A stretch of 64,000 nucleotides of DNA from Podarcis melisellensis. Its lineage: Eukaryota. Position numbers and translations under genes: made by a program. Positions 24,693-37,602 of this stretch are shown here, one piece after another; positions within the stretch are counted from its first letter, which is position 1, and every line of letters starts with the position of its first letter. The notes beneath the pieces were generated by a model that was not told the DNA's origin, ran no database searches, and saw only the letters and a program-made list of their open reading frames with translations. The stretch lies in NCBI GenBank assembly GCA_964234715.1, contig OZ174282.1; one strand, 5' to 3'.

Positions 24693-27539
24693 AGCTGTCT
24701 ACACTTTCAGATGCTGTAAAGGTATTTTCCCCACCAGTAGTGCCTGGAGCTCTGCCACTGAACTACAATGTATAACTGCTTGCTACTTTGGTTCTTGCAT
24801 TTAGCAGCATTCAGGTGCTAAACAGAGTGACTTAGTTACTTCCTCAAAGCAGGTCAAAAGTAAAATTAGATGGCATGGCTTAATAAAGGTGTAAAAGGGA
24901 TACATCACCAATCAAATCAGTATTCTTGTTTGCACTCTGCTTATACCATAGACAGCCTGCACCACGGCAAGCACAGCCTCAGTAAATGGTGGGCTGGGAA
25001 CCTTTAATTTCTTCTGTCTGAAACATCCTCCCTAAGTCTTTGGTTTAAGGCCTTGTATTTGCCTTGCATATCTGATTTGAGTTTCATCCCTAAGTCAATT
25101 TAAAGTTTGGATTATAGGATGATTCAGTATTTATAGCAAAAGAGGATGACCCTTTATGTGAAAATTCAGCACTGGATTTACATGCTTGTCTCATTAATAC
25201 TATTGGGCAAATTAGATGATACAATTTTATGATTTAGGAAAAGAGCCTTTTAGTTTGAGAAGTAGCAATTTCCTTTTTAAAAAACATCTTTCATTTTTAA
25301 AGCAATAAAAAGTGTCATATATGTCCCATACCATAATGGATTAATTAAGGAATATTATGTTTATCCTAAGTCCTGACCAAGTTGTAGATCTTCATAACTC
25401 ACTCATAAAAATTAATGCATTTTCCAACGTTCCGTAATGATATACCACCTATTTTCTTTGCCATACCTGTTCAGAATAAATTGTTCCAAATTGGATTATT
25501 CTGAGGCACAGCAAGCAGTATTAAGAAAATTACATTGTTATTTTACAAATTCACGGAACCATGCACCAAAATCTTAATCTTCTCACTATGTGTTTGAACT
25601 GTCATGTTACTCCCACTATTAGGATATAATGCTGGTATTGACATACCTACTTTTTCTTCAAATCTAATACAAGGCATGCACACACACACACTGCCCTCTG
25701 CACCAAGCTTTGGTTTATCATATTTATATACATATATATATATTTAAATATTTGCTATTGACTGTTCATGCAGGCAGTACAAAAATCTGCATGCAGTGGC
25801 TCATTAAACCCTCAAATTTCCAAATTGGCAGGCAAAAAATAAAATAAATCCCCCAAATAATAATGTACAGATGTTCCTTATTTAAATTAGCTGTTTGGCA
25901 TTTAATGCTGCCAATCTCATATGTGATCAAGTTTGTGAATTTCCAGGTATTCTACATTTTGCAGCAGGGTTATTTAGCCTCCAGTTGGATTATCATTCCA
26001 GATGATTGAAATAGATAATTGTTCAATAAACAGCAAATGTTAGGTGGCTGGGGTTATCTAAGGGCTTCAAATGGCCAGTTATGTTTTTATTACTCATTAA
26101 CAGCATCCTTTACTTCTGCTGCTAATATTGGTTCCTTCCTTTTGTACTTTAATCTACAATATCGCCTCAAAAGTAATTTGCTTTTAGTTATCATTTGCAA
26201 AGTAATCCTATTCTCAAATATAAAATAGAAATCTTACTCTCAAATCTTTTCACAGGCAGAATCTCTAGCTAATTCACTATATTGTGTGAGTTTGGGTGAT
26301 GTATTCACTTGGCATGTCTCCCCTCACTTCCATTACAATCAGGAACAAGCAGCTGACTTATCTGTGAAAAAAAAGTGCCCTGCAGTCAGAGGAGGCTGGT
26401 TCATAAGGGTAAATGGGACTCTGCCCCCACAAACCCCAGTCTGCCTTCTTACCTACATTAAATCAGAGGGCAGTGTTGCCTGTCATTGGCTCTAGACTCC
26501 ATCTGTCATTGGCTCTGGTTCCTAAAACTGTAGGTATCCCTTCCTTCTGCCCCACCAGCCTCAATGGGCACCAACAACCACAGCTTTTACTGAAAGTATG
26601 CAAATCGGCAGTAGCACAGTTTAGGTTCACTGGAGGTCCCCATACATTTAGAAATACATATCTTTGATTTAGTCCATAATGTAGTAGACCAGCCCTGCTG
26701 CGTTTGTGGAACTACAGCTCATTCTTCTGAGATCACTTGTACAGTAATCTCTGTGCATATGGAAAGCTGATTAGGACTCCTTTTAAATGTGTTTGTGGGA
26801 GGGAAATGCTATTGGTTTGCTTTGTTTTTGTTATCATTCTTGTTTCTATTTTGTATTTGTATTCCGTATTTCTGTGCTGTGAAGCACCCTGAGATACACC
26901 CTGGTATACAAATTTAATAAATAATAATAATCTGAACTCTGAACCAACATACCCTCCAACCTTTGTCCGATGAAAATAGGCACATCCTAAGCAAAAGCAG
27001 GACATCCCAGGATCAAATCAGAAACTGGGGTGGCTTCTTTAAATCCAGGACCGTCCGTGGAAAATAGGGACACTTGGAGACTCTGGAATAAATTGGATTA
27101 GGCCTTGATACAGGATGGTGGTGTCACTAAGCCCATGGTGCACTGAAGAGAGAATGTCAAGAGAATCTCAAGCCCAAAGGCCAGAAGTGGCTGTCCAGGC
27201 CTCTCTGCTGGGGAATTTCTCCAAGTCACATCCCCTTTGCAGACAATCCCCTTACCATGCCTCCTGCACTCTCCTTGAGGGTTTTTGCCTGGCTGCAATG
27301 CATCCTTAAACTCCAGTTATCCTTCTTGCTTGCCTGCTGCCTCTCTCCCATGTCTGGTAAACAGCATAAATAGGGCAGGGAGTGAGGTGGAGGGAACCCC
27401 ATTCATCACACAAATGCTGTTGCATGGGCTGATGCCTCTAGGTTCTACAGCACAGTGCTATGATGCAGCAAGGCTTGGAGGTCTAATGTGGATTCATTTC
27501 AGAACGGCCTCACCTCACAGAAAGTTTGGGATCTGTTTA

Positions 27540-27990
27540 TTTATTATTTATTCTACTTAAAAATGTTTGTATACCTCAAATTATTTATTATTTTTTAAAA
27601 AAATACCAAAGCTGTTTATGACAATTATAGCTATACAATAAAAATCACATAAAATTTTTAAATCACAGATCATCAGCTAACTATTACAGATGTTTTCTTA
27701 ATTGTCTGCATAAGCCTAGCGGCATGGAAAAATATTCAACAAAAACATTTAAAGGTTGAAACAGAAAGCACCTGCTGAATCTCTATTGGAAGAGTATTTA
27801 TTCCACAGGACTGGGTCAACAACACCTAAAGCTTGCTTTCACGTCAATATGAAATGAGCCTCATCCATGCAGGGGATGATCAACGGTGCTCCTGCAGACG
27901 ATCTCAGTGACTGAGTTGGGATATAACGGTTCAAGGTTCAGGCAGTACCCTGGACCTCAGTTGTTCAGGGCTTTGTAAATTAATACAACT
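27540..27990 (-). mobile_element. Degenerate L2 LINE 3' fragment
   Basis: Similar to other L2 3' ends (gttcagggctttgtaaat; tttattattta tail). Confidence 0.4.
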
Positions 27991-28971
27991 CAATTAATAC
28001 AATATGAAATGGATCAGCATGGGCCCAAACTGAAAATTCATTGTACCTTCTACCCCACTTCTCTGTGCACACATTGGTTTGTGCAGTTATATCTGAAATG
28101 CTCATGGAGTTTCTGTTATTCAGAAAATACTCTGCACACAATCTCTGTACATGAAGACACTTCCCCACCCTGAACATGTAAAAGAAATTCCTACACATTT
28201 GGACCTAGATTAATACAGAAGAAGAAGCCTTCTTGAAGCAGAACACTTTGCATCCCACCACCCACATTCAAATGCACAGCTATCATTAGCTATTATTTTA
28301 TACAAGAGTGCCTTTAGGGACAGGAAGTCTTTAGAAATAAGATATTCAAAATAGTATATGGATTTCTATATTTTGTTAAATTTAAAATCCAGTCCAACAA
28401 AAACAGCTTTCATCTTCCTTAGCATGCCGTAGCCAACATTCTCTGCCTACAACTCAGATTATCATTGTTTCCATTGTATAACATGAACTGACCCAGAAAA
28501 CTAAAAGGATAAGGAGCCGGGGAGAGGGGGGCTTGGTTTATACTGTAGCCAAAAGTTCACAAACAACACAGTTGGTGTATCACATAGCAACCACTTGGTG
28601 CCTATTATTAAAATACAGCTGTGGCATTGGGGGAAAAATGTCGCTCACAGATTAAAAAGCAGAACTGTGATGATGTGTCTTTTAGGTTTATATATCAATC
28701 CATGTCCTTTTGTCCTGATTAGCTTTGACATGATCAGTTACTCATATAATTCACATAGATAAATAAATTTTTCCTCATACAGGACACTGTCCATTTGCAG
28801 GTTTCCATCAATGTTTAGAGTCACACAGGTAATTATTATCTTATGCATGAGAGACAAGAAAAATGGGTAACATTCAGTTGGTTAGTCATGTATATCTCCC
28901 ACCTGCATATTGTTTTTCCTTCCCCTTTGCTTATAACCATCTCCAGTTTAGTCTAACACAACACAGTCCTG

Positions 28972-29260
28972 TAAGAACATAAGAAGAGGCCAGCTGGATC
29001 AAGCCAATGGTCCATCTAGTCCAGCATCCAGTGGCCAATCAGATCCCTGTGGGAAACCAGCCAGCAGGATTCAAGCACAAGAGCACCCTCTCCTCCTGCA
29101 GCTTCCAGCAACTAGTATTCAGAAGCACTGATGCCTCCAACTGTGGCAGCAGAGCACAGCCATTGTGGCTAGTAGCCATTGAGAGCCCTCTCCTCCATGA
29201 ATTTGTCTAATCCTCTTTTAAAGCCTTCTAGGTTGGTGGCCACCACTGACTCCTGTGACA
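28972..29260 (-). mobile_element. CR1 LINE 3' end
   Basis: taagaacataagaagag tail; reverse complement of LDKFME (ctccatgaatttgtctaatcc). Confidence 0.8.
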
Positions 29261-30109
29261 ATGAATGAATTCCATGACTCCAGTCAAATTCAGCTGTGCA
29301 GCTATACCTGTGTTGTATTTATTCAAAGAAGCAGTCCTCAGTAGCTCAGGGAGGGGGGAACACTCCCAAACCCCAATGCTTAGGAGTCTTGCCAAAGTGG
29401 AGACCACCCACTCTTACCTGGATACCCTGTCTAACACCAGATGCAAGGTATGGGGCTAGAGATAGGCTAGAAAACCCTCCCTTGATTTTAAATGGGTAGG
29501 GTAGAAAAGGCTGGTGTGGTAGACAGCTCTTGCAAACAGGAAATAGTAAAGAAAATAATTACCAAAGACAGAATTTAGGGCAGGCCTCAAACATGGAAAT
29601 TACCAAGCAAAACTCAAAATGGACCTCAAGGAACTGTAGAAAGAGATGAAAAGGAAGATAGATGCCACCCCAGTGATACGCAGCATCCTACGCTATATTT
29701 GAGGGCTTCGTTTGAAAAATCTCTCAATTACAGTAATTGTTCCATTACATGTCATGTTGGGAATGATTAGCTCAAGCTTCTCTCTATGATTCTTACACAA
29801 CAGTGCACACAAGTAGGTGTGCAACATTTCCCTTTTGTTTGATATATCATTTTGCAGCAAAGAGGTTCTTCATATTATTTTCTCAGCTAACTATGTGTTG
29901 CCTTAAGGAAGTAATGTAAAAAAGGCAATACCACCTACAGTAAATAAAAAGTGCCTAGTGGATCAAAGAATCAAAAAATGCAAATGTCAATGTGGTTCCC
30001 AAGGCACCTCTTTGGAAGACTTGCCCTAATCCAAGGAGAGTGTTTGTGCTGCTTCCATCTTCTGTTAAAGCAGAGTGAAGTGATGAGGAGTTGTAATAGT
30101 AGTATTGCT

Positions 30110-30490
30110 ATCATCATTCCTCCGCCCTTCACCCTGAGGTCTCAGGGCAGATTACAACATCAAAATACAATATTAAAAACAGCCTACAATCACAAAATAA
30201 CAATGGGCCTACAAATATACACCTCAAGCATCAAAAGCTAGGTCAAAGAGGTGCATCTTCAGCATTCTCCAGAAACTGTATAATGAAGGTGCCAGATGCA
30301 CCTCTGTGGGGAGGCAGTTCCACAGCTTAAGGGCCACCACGGAGAAGGTAGTATCCTGGACCACCACACAGCCCAGTCTCTGAGGGTGGAGGAACTACCA
30401 AGAGGGCCCTCTTTGCTGATCTCAGCACCCAAGAGGGTCTGAAGGGAAGGAGGCAGCTTTTCAGATATCTGGGGGCCTAAGCCATTTAAG
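30110..30490 (-). mobile_element. L2 LINE 3' fragment
   Basis: ORF 30259..30576 contains LNGLGP; ttccacagcttaagggccaccacggagaagg is typical of the L2 ORF2 end. Confidence 0.6.
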
Positions 30491-30755
30491 TAGATGAGGG
30501 TCTGGAAGGTATGGAATCCAAAACAGGAATTCAGAAGAGGGAAGGTTGTGTTGATGAGGAGGCTGTGTCCCAACACTCTTATATTCTATACGGAAATCTC
30601 TGTCTGAGAGAAACATTCTTGCTCACCCGATAAACATGTGGTTATGAAGAGATTTGAACATAGCTAACTACCTGTTTTTAAATTGTATTTTATTTGTGTT
30701 TTTATTTTCTGTAAACCACTTAAAGGTTTTACTGCAGTCAAGTGGTATCTAAATA

Positions 30756-30996
30756 CAGTGGTACCTCAGGTTAAGTACTTAATTCGTTCCGGAGGTCCGT
30801 TCTTAACCTGAAACTGCTCTTAACCTGAAGACCACTTTAGCTAATGGGGCCTCCTGCTGCTGCTGCACCACCGGAGCACGATTTCTGTTCTCATCCTGAA
30901 GCAAAGTTCTTAACCTGAAGCACTATTTCTGGGTTAGCAGAGTCTGTAACCTGAAGCGTATGTAACCTGAAGCGTATGTAACCTGAGGTAACACTG
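30756..30996. mobile_element. Tc1/mariner (Tigger/pogo-like) MITE
   Basis: TA|cagtggtacctcaggtta … taacctgaggtaacactg|TA; TA target duplication at 30754-30755 and 30997-30998. Confidence 0.85.
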
Positions 30997-31351
30997 TACT
31001 GCTAAATACAATAAATGAAAACTCTCGAAATCAGTGGCTTTGTTTGCACATAACAGTAAGCCATATTCTGGGAGTGGGGAAATCTTGTCTTACCAGAAAA
31101 GAGCAGCAGTCTGATGCACACACTCAATTGTGCCTGCTCTGCTGCTCATTCACAGTAAACTATTCCTTGTTTCAGACAATGGGTTACCCTTATGTGTGAA
31201 CCAGCTCATTGTTTCTTGGTGTGTGCACATGAGTGCTCATCTGAATACATACATGTGAATCACAACATCCATAAGAACAGCTTGCCTATCACAGCATGAA
31301 CCTGTGTATGATAAAGGTTTCATTTGTTACACATATATTAAGATGTGTTTG

Positions 31352-31391
31352 TGTTTGTTTGTTTGTTTGTTTGTTTGTTTGTTTGTTTGTT
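31352..31391. repeat. (TTTG)n microsatellite
   Basis: Directly visible. Confidence 0.9.
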
Positions 31392-31779
31392 TTTAGCTTT
31401 AAAATACTTCTCTGTTAAAAGAACTTCCCAGACAGGCATCCAAAGTCCAGAATATCCCTTACATTTTGAAACTTGTTTTTAATTACCCATTCAAACCTAA
31501 AGAGAAGTAACATTTCAACCATTAACATTTATCCTTTGAAAATCTAGTTAAATTATCTTAAGCAAATGTGTGTGTTTTGGTTTGTTTTTTTAGAAAAAAG
31601 AGGGGGGAATCTTTAATGAAGAAGATACACTACCTCCAGTATTTTTCCCTGTGTGTCAAAGGATTCACCTAACAAATCATAATCCACAAAGGTACAACCT
31701 TCCCCCACTGAGGCAAAATGCATACAAAAAAAAAAAAGATTGCTATGGCAAAGAATTGTGAATTTCATTAAATATGTTA

Positions 31780-32079
31780 NNNNNNNNNNNNNNNNNNNNN
31801 NNNNNNNNNNNNNNNNNNNNNNNNNNNNNNNNNNNNNNNNNNNNNNNNNNNNNNNNNNNNNNNNNNNNNNNNNNNNNNNNNNNNNNNNNNNNNNNNNNNN
31901 NNNNNNNNNNNNNNNNNNNNNNNNNNNNNNNNNNNNNNNNNNNNNNNNNNNNNNNNNNNNNNNNNNNNNNNNNNNNNNNNNNNNNNNNNNNNNNNNNNNN
32001 NNNNNNNNNNNNNNNNNNNNNNNNNNNNNNNNNNNNNNNNNNNNNNNNNNNNNNNNNNNNNNNNNNNNNNNNNNNNNNN
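31780..32079. other. N-run (300 nt)
   Basis: Directly visible. Confidence 0.99.
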
Positions 32080-34376
32080 AGAAAAAGGGGGAAACCAAAA
32101 TAAAAGTAATCCTCTCTTGGTAATATCCACAAAAATCAAAAAGTAAGCACTTCTTGAAACAAGATAAAGTCACATTTTTTAAAAAAAAGTATACTGTGTG
32201 AAATTAATTTCTTGGCATCTAATATCGCTATCAGTTTAAATGGTTTATGGGATGATCTCTAAGAAATATGGTCAAAACGAAAGGTAGATTTTGCTAATTA
32301 CAAGTAAAGATAATTTTATGTAGATACATTTCAGCACCTCAGCAGGATCAAATATGGACTGCCGGGAACCCCAACATTATATGCTTGTTTTATGGGATCT
32401 GGCTCAATCGTCCCATTTTCTTTATGCAAGAAAAGAAAACCACACAATAGTACTTAATTCTGTATGCAACAGAGGCCTTTTCCAGGTAAAATTTCTTTTT
32501 TTAAAAAAATCATTATTATTATTATTAATACTAAGAGTGGACATATTATGAGGTATGTGCCTAATCCACATATATATAATCCACATTAGCCTTGTTTACA
32601 GATTATAACATGTTCCTGTTGGGTCGCAAACCTCAGCTAGAATGTGATTTGCCCACATTCTGTAATTATTCCAGAGTAAGTTTAAAAACTTAAGCCAGTC
32701 CTTCAAGAACCCCAATATGGATATTAGCTATAAAAAAAGATAATGCATGCATTTTCATCCTATTCTTCTACCAAAATGTACCTTGAGTAGCTTTACTAAT
32801 ATGGGCAGAACCTGCTGGTTCTTTCTGAATTAACATAGGTGATTCTAAAATGAATTATAGTTCCACCTCATAATTATTACAGACACCATTGCAGAATCTG
32901 AATTAGACACGAATTGGCCCCTGGCAAACTGAGGGTGTCATCAGGGTGCCCTGTCAGAGAGGCCTTGAGGCATTCCTAGGCATCTTGGCATTGTGGAGAA
33001 TATAACTGAGAGGCTTATCCTGAGCCTTGGAGAAGGCTTGACTAGGATTGGGAGAAAACAATTATCAGCCCATAAGCACCTATGGTGCGGAAATATCTAA
33101 GCATGCACAGCAATGTCTTAGGAACAAAGCAAGCTGCCTTGTACCAGTTCAGATCATCAATCCATCTTGCTCAGTATAGTTTACCCAGACTGGCAGGAGC
33201 TCTCCAGGGTTTCAAGCTAGAATTTATCCTAGCCCTACCTGGAGATGCTGGAAATTGAACCAGGTCCTTTCTGCATATAAAAGCAGATTTCCTTCTCAGG
33301 TCCTGGAGAAGGCCACAGTATGAATAGATTAGGCTCTTCCTGCTGTCCCTCCCACTGATGATTCTGTGGAAAATACTGGTGGTGGGTCCCAGATCCAAGC
33401 AAAACCTCATGGAAGGTCCAGGGTTTCTTTCTTATATATTGAAGCTACAGCTTCTATGTGACTAAGAAACTAAAGCTAGCATGTCCAAGAGGACTCTGAA
33501 CAATACTTGTTGGCCCACATGACTGTGTGTGTTGCCATTCAAAGCCATATGGGTAAGCAAAGGGGAAGCAGAGAGGAAATGATCCCTTGCTAGCTAGGTG
33601 TGAACCTGACAAAGTTTTCAGATGCTGGCACACACCAACAGCATCATGATAGCTATACACAGACCTAGGAGAGTCATTAGTGGGCTAAGCCCTTCATTGG
33701 ATCATTGTTGTCCCTTGTATACTCTAAGCGTGGTGTCCAGAGATCACAGTTTCATTAGCATCCCCAGCTATGACAATGATAGCCCAAGTTTACTCTGAGG
33801 CCCTACTTGAATTACAGTACTAACATGTGAAGCATGGAGAACAACCCATTCCAGTGGGAAAGCACAGCTTGTGGGCAACTCAAGGAGATGCTGACCAGCT
33901 GAGCAGTTTGGGGGGTGGGGGTGGAAACAGGCAGAAAAACTGACTGGCGGGAGTGGGTTTCCAGAAGACAAGGGAAGGTGGAGGCAGGTATTTCAGGACC
34001 ATGGAGAGAACCCAGTCACAAAACAAACAATTCCACCAGGCCTTCAGCCACCTGAGCCCATTAATGCTTCTTTGGCCTCACTGCCACTTCAAGGCTCCAC
34101 CCTATGGGTAAGAAGTTCAGAGTCATAGAAAATGAGCCTTCCATCTAACCTGTGGTCCACCACTTAGTTTGTCTTCGGATGTGGACGAGTCAAAATGCAT
34201 TTTGAGTTGAAGCTCAAATTTGACAATATGCAAGAAGATTTTATAATACTAAACCAGCTAATATATAATATTAAACCAGTTTTTCTTTCAATATACACGC
34301 ACCATGCAAAGGTTCTAGGCATTAACTTGGGAACATTCATTCATAAAATAAGAGAGTCTTTTAAAGCACTTCTTAC

Positions 34377-34473
34377 CAGGTTAGTCCAACATCAACAGAT
34401 ATTTCTCCTGGCTGTGGGATCTTCTCAGAGATGTGAGGTAAGTACTGAAGGTCAGGAATTGCAAAAACAATAC
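34377..34473 (-). CDS. Putative internal coding exon of the same gene ((x)IVFAIPDLQYLPHISEKIPQPGEISVDVGLT(W))
   Basis: Acceptor tttttaaatttctcacag|G and donor CTG|gtaaga on the minus strand; 97 nt; only one of three frames is stop-free (phase 1 in, phase 2 out); protein-like composition. Confidence 0.7.
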
Positions 34474-36395
34474 CTGTGAGAAATTTAAAAATGCAAAGCC
34501 ATTGTATTAAATCAAAATCAATTCTATCTAAAACAGAAGCTGTATTAGAAGTGTCAAAATAAAAACCAAATCAAACTAGAACATAGACTTTGAGGATATT
34601 ATGGTTTGGTTCTTAGGGGCAGAATTCCTTCTATTGTATAGGGAAAATATATTCTCATATTACACCAATGAACTGGAATAAATTTTCCTGACCACTTCCC
34701 CAAACTAGGAGAAAATCATGACAAGTGTAAGAGAAATGCAATTATTTGACAATGATATCCTAATCCCTCAGAGAAACTCATTTTTTAAAAAAAGTTCTGT
34801 AAGTTGAATATAAGTAAGTGTCCAGCCATGGACGGTTATAATTAATATACTTCATATGAAGAGAGAGCAATATCAGACATCATAACTAAGACACTGCCTG
34901 ACTTAGTCTAACAAATTTAAGATTGTTACATTTAAAAAACAAGAAGAATTGACCCAAATGTTTTTTTTAATAATAATTTCATTTTAGGATGTCTGCAGGC
35001 ATTAAAGCCAAGGATCCTCATTATATTACTCCAGAGATTCCTCAGTGATCCCTGTTTACAAAATCAAAGGTTGTGATCAACATCAACTAAAGTAGCTGAT
35101 TTGTTACGCTACCAGCTGTCTGTAGGGTCGCTGTAACCTCGGGACATCAACTCACAAAAGCTTGCAAACAATTCATTACCAAGAAGGCTGCTTACATCAC
35201 TTAGTAATCCCAATGACTTTATGTCCAATACATATTCAAATGTGCAAAAATGTTCTAAGAAAAGATCTGAAGCAGAGTATTCAATCCTTACTCAACTCCA
35301 GAAAGCCTGAAGAACTAAGTTACAGGAAGTTGTAAACTGGAATATCAACAGTTAGTACATTGAATGAAAGCACAGCATACAAAGTGAGTGCAAACCATAG
35401 GATCATTAAACTCCAAATATTACTATTAATTTAAAAAATTGCTATCCCATCCTTCCTCCCAAAAAAGTCAGGAGCAGCCAGGAGCATGTAGTATTTCTTG
35501 CTAGCAGCTTAACAGATGAACAACCTAAAATTTAACATAAGTTTAAGTTGCAAGAGCCAGCCAGTCATCTAGTAATGAAAAAGAATACAAGCTTTACAAC
35601 ACACCCAATTTTGGGCACCAGGCAAGATTGGGTTCAGTTAGTACTTGGATTGGGGGAAAGAGTGCAACCTTTGTAGCACAATGTAAGACCAGTTGTATTC
35701 ACCAGTGGTCCAACACCAGCCCCCAGATTGCAAAGAATTTCTATTGACTTCAGCCAGACAGGTGAATAGCTTCTTTTGCAGCATTGCTCCTGCCCACATC
35801 ACCACAACAAAGCACAAGCTATGGCATAGTTTGGCACCCAACCACAGCATACCACCACTGATATAAATGCAGAGACCATAAATAGGAGACCATAATTCAG
35901 ATGGCAGGGCACAAAACAGCTTGTGCTCTTCACACACATAGGAAGCTGAGCACATTGCAAAACAATTATCTGTCTGGAACCCGAACACAGCTTCATGCGT
36001 AAGCACCAGTCTGGCAAACCAGAGGCAAGAGGGAACTGCTTGCAGGTGAGTGACCAGGCTGGTGGGGAGAAACAGAGGGTGATGTACCATCTCTGATTAG
36101 AAATGCCATGGATGTCTGAAGGCTTTCACCACTGTATGTACTTTTCCAAATAAATACATTTAATCAATTAGCTGCTTTGTACATTTTACATTTTCAAAGA
36201 TAAAAGAGGCAAGAAAACCCACAAGTTATCTGTTACTTTTCACTACCATGAATATATATATATTTTCCCAATATAAAAAGTGTTTGGGGTGTAAAAACAA
36301 AACAAAGCATTACTGTTTTGAATGAGTCACCTTATTTACTTTGCTCCAAATACAAGATACAACTTGGCATAACAACTGCTAAGTGCAACTGAATC

Positions 36396-37602
36396 ATTAT
36401 CAAAGTGAACCATTCACAGTGGGATCTGGTGTTAAACAGGGTTGTGTTATTGCCCCAAATCTATTCATTATTTTCATTGCCATGATCCTACACTTTGTTG
36501 AAGGGAAACTCCCCATTGGAGTAGAAATCATATATTGAACAGATGGAAAGCTCTTCAATCTGAGCAGGCTGAAAGCAAAGAGTAAGGTTCCATCATAGAG
36601 CTTCAGTATGCTGATGACAACATAGTGTGCTCACACTCAGAGGATGACCTCCAAACCATCCTAAATATCTTTGCAAAAGCTTACGAAAAGCTTGGCCTAT
36701 CACTCAGCATCCAAAAAACCAAAGTGCTGCACCAACAAGTACAAAATAACCCCTCTTTAGTGCCACAGATCCAAATCAGTGGTGTAACGTTGGAAAATGT
36801 CAATCACTTCTCCTACCTAGGCAGTTATCTTTCCACAAGGGCTAACATTGATGCCAAAATTCAGCATCACCTGAGCTCTGTGAGTACAGCTTTCTCCCGA
36901 TTGAAGTGCAGAGTGTTTGAGGACCGGGACATTCACAGGGAAACCAAAATGCTTGTTTACAAAGCTATTGTACTACCAACCTTACTGTATGCTTGTGAAA
37001 CATGGACCACTTATAAATGCCATCTCCAACTCCTCGAAAGAGTCCATCAACGATGTCTCCAAAAAAATTTACACATCACTTGGGAAGACAGGCGAACTAA
37101 TATCAGTGTCCTGGAAGAAGCAAAGATCACCAGTGTTGAAGCAATGATTCTTCAACATCAGCTTCGTTGGACTGGTCATGTTGTGTGGATGCCTGATGAT
37201 CGTCTTCCAAAGCAACTACTCTATTCTGAACTTAAAAATGGAAAGCATAATGCTGGTGGTCAACAAAAGAGGTTTAAAGACTGTCTCAAGGCAAATCTTA
37301 AAAAATGTAGTATAAACACTGACAACTGGGAAACACAGGCCTGTGAGCGCTCCAGTTGGAGAACAGCCTCTACCAAAGGTGTCATGGGCTTTGAAGACAC
37401 TCGAACTCAGGACGCAAGGGAGAAACGTGCTAAGAGGCAAATCTACACCATGATCAACTCCCGTGCGGAAACCAATGTCCCCACTGTGGAAGGACATGTG
37501 GGTCCAGAATTGGCCTCCACAGTCACTTACGGACTGATTGTTAAAACAGTGTTTATGGAAGACAAACTTACTCTGCTATAAGTGATCACCAAAGAAGCAG
37601 CA
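36396..37602 (+). mobile_element. 5'-truncated RTE-clade LINE (RT C-terminal half)
   Basis: GVKQGCVIAP and LQYADD upstream of ORF 36625..37581 (FSYLGS, LLYACETW, QLRWTGHV, RLPKQLLYSEL, KRFKD); in-frame stop/frameshifts; 11-bp TSD gcaactgaatc at 36385-36395 and 37603-37613. Confidence 0.92.
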
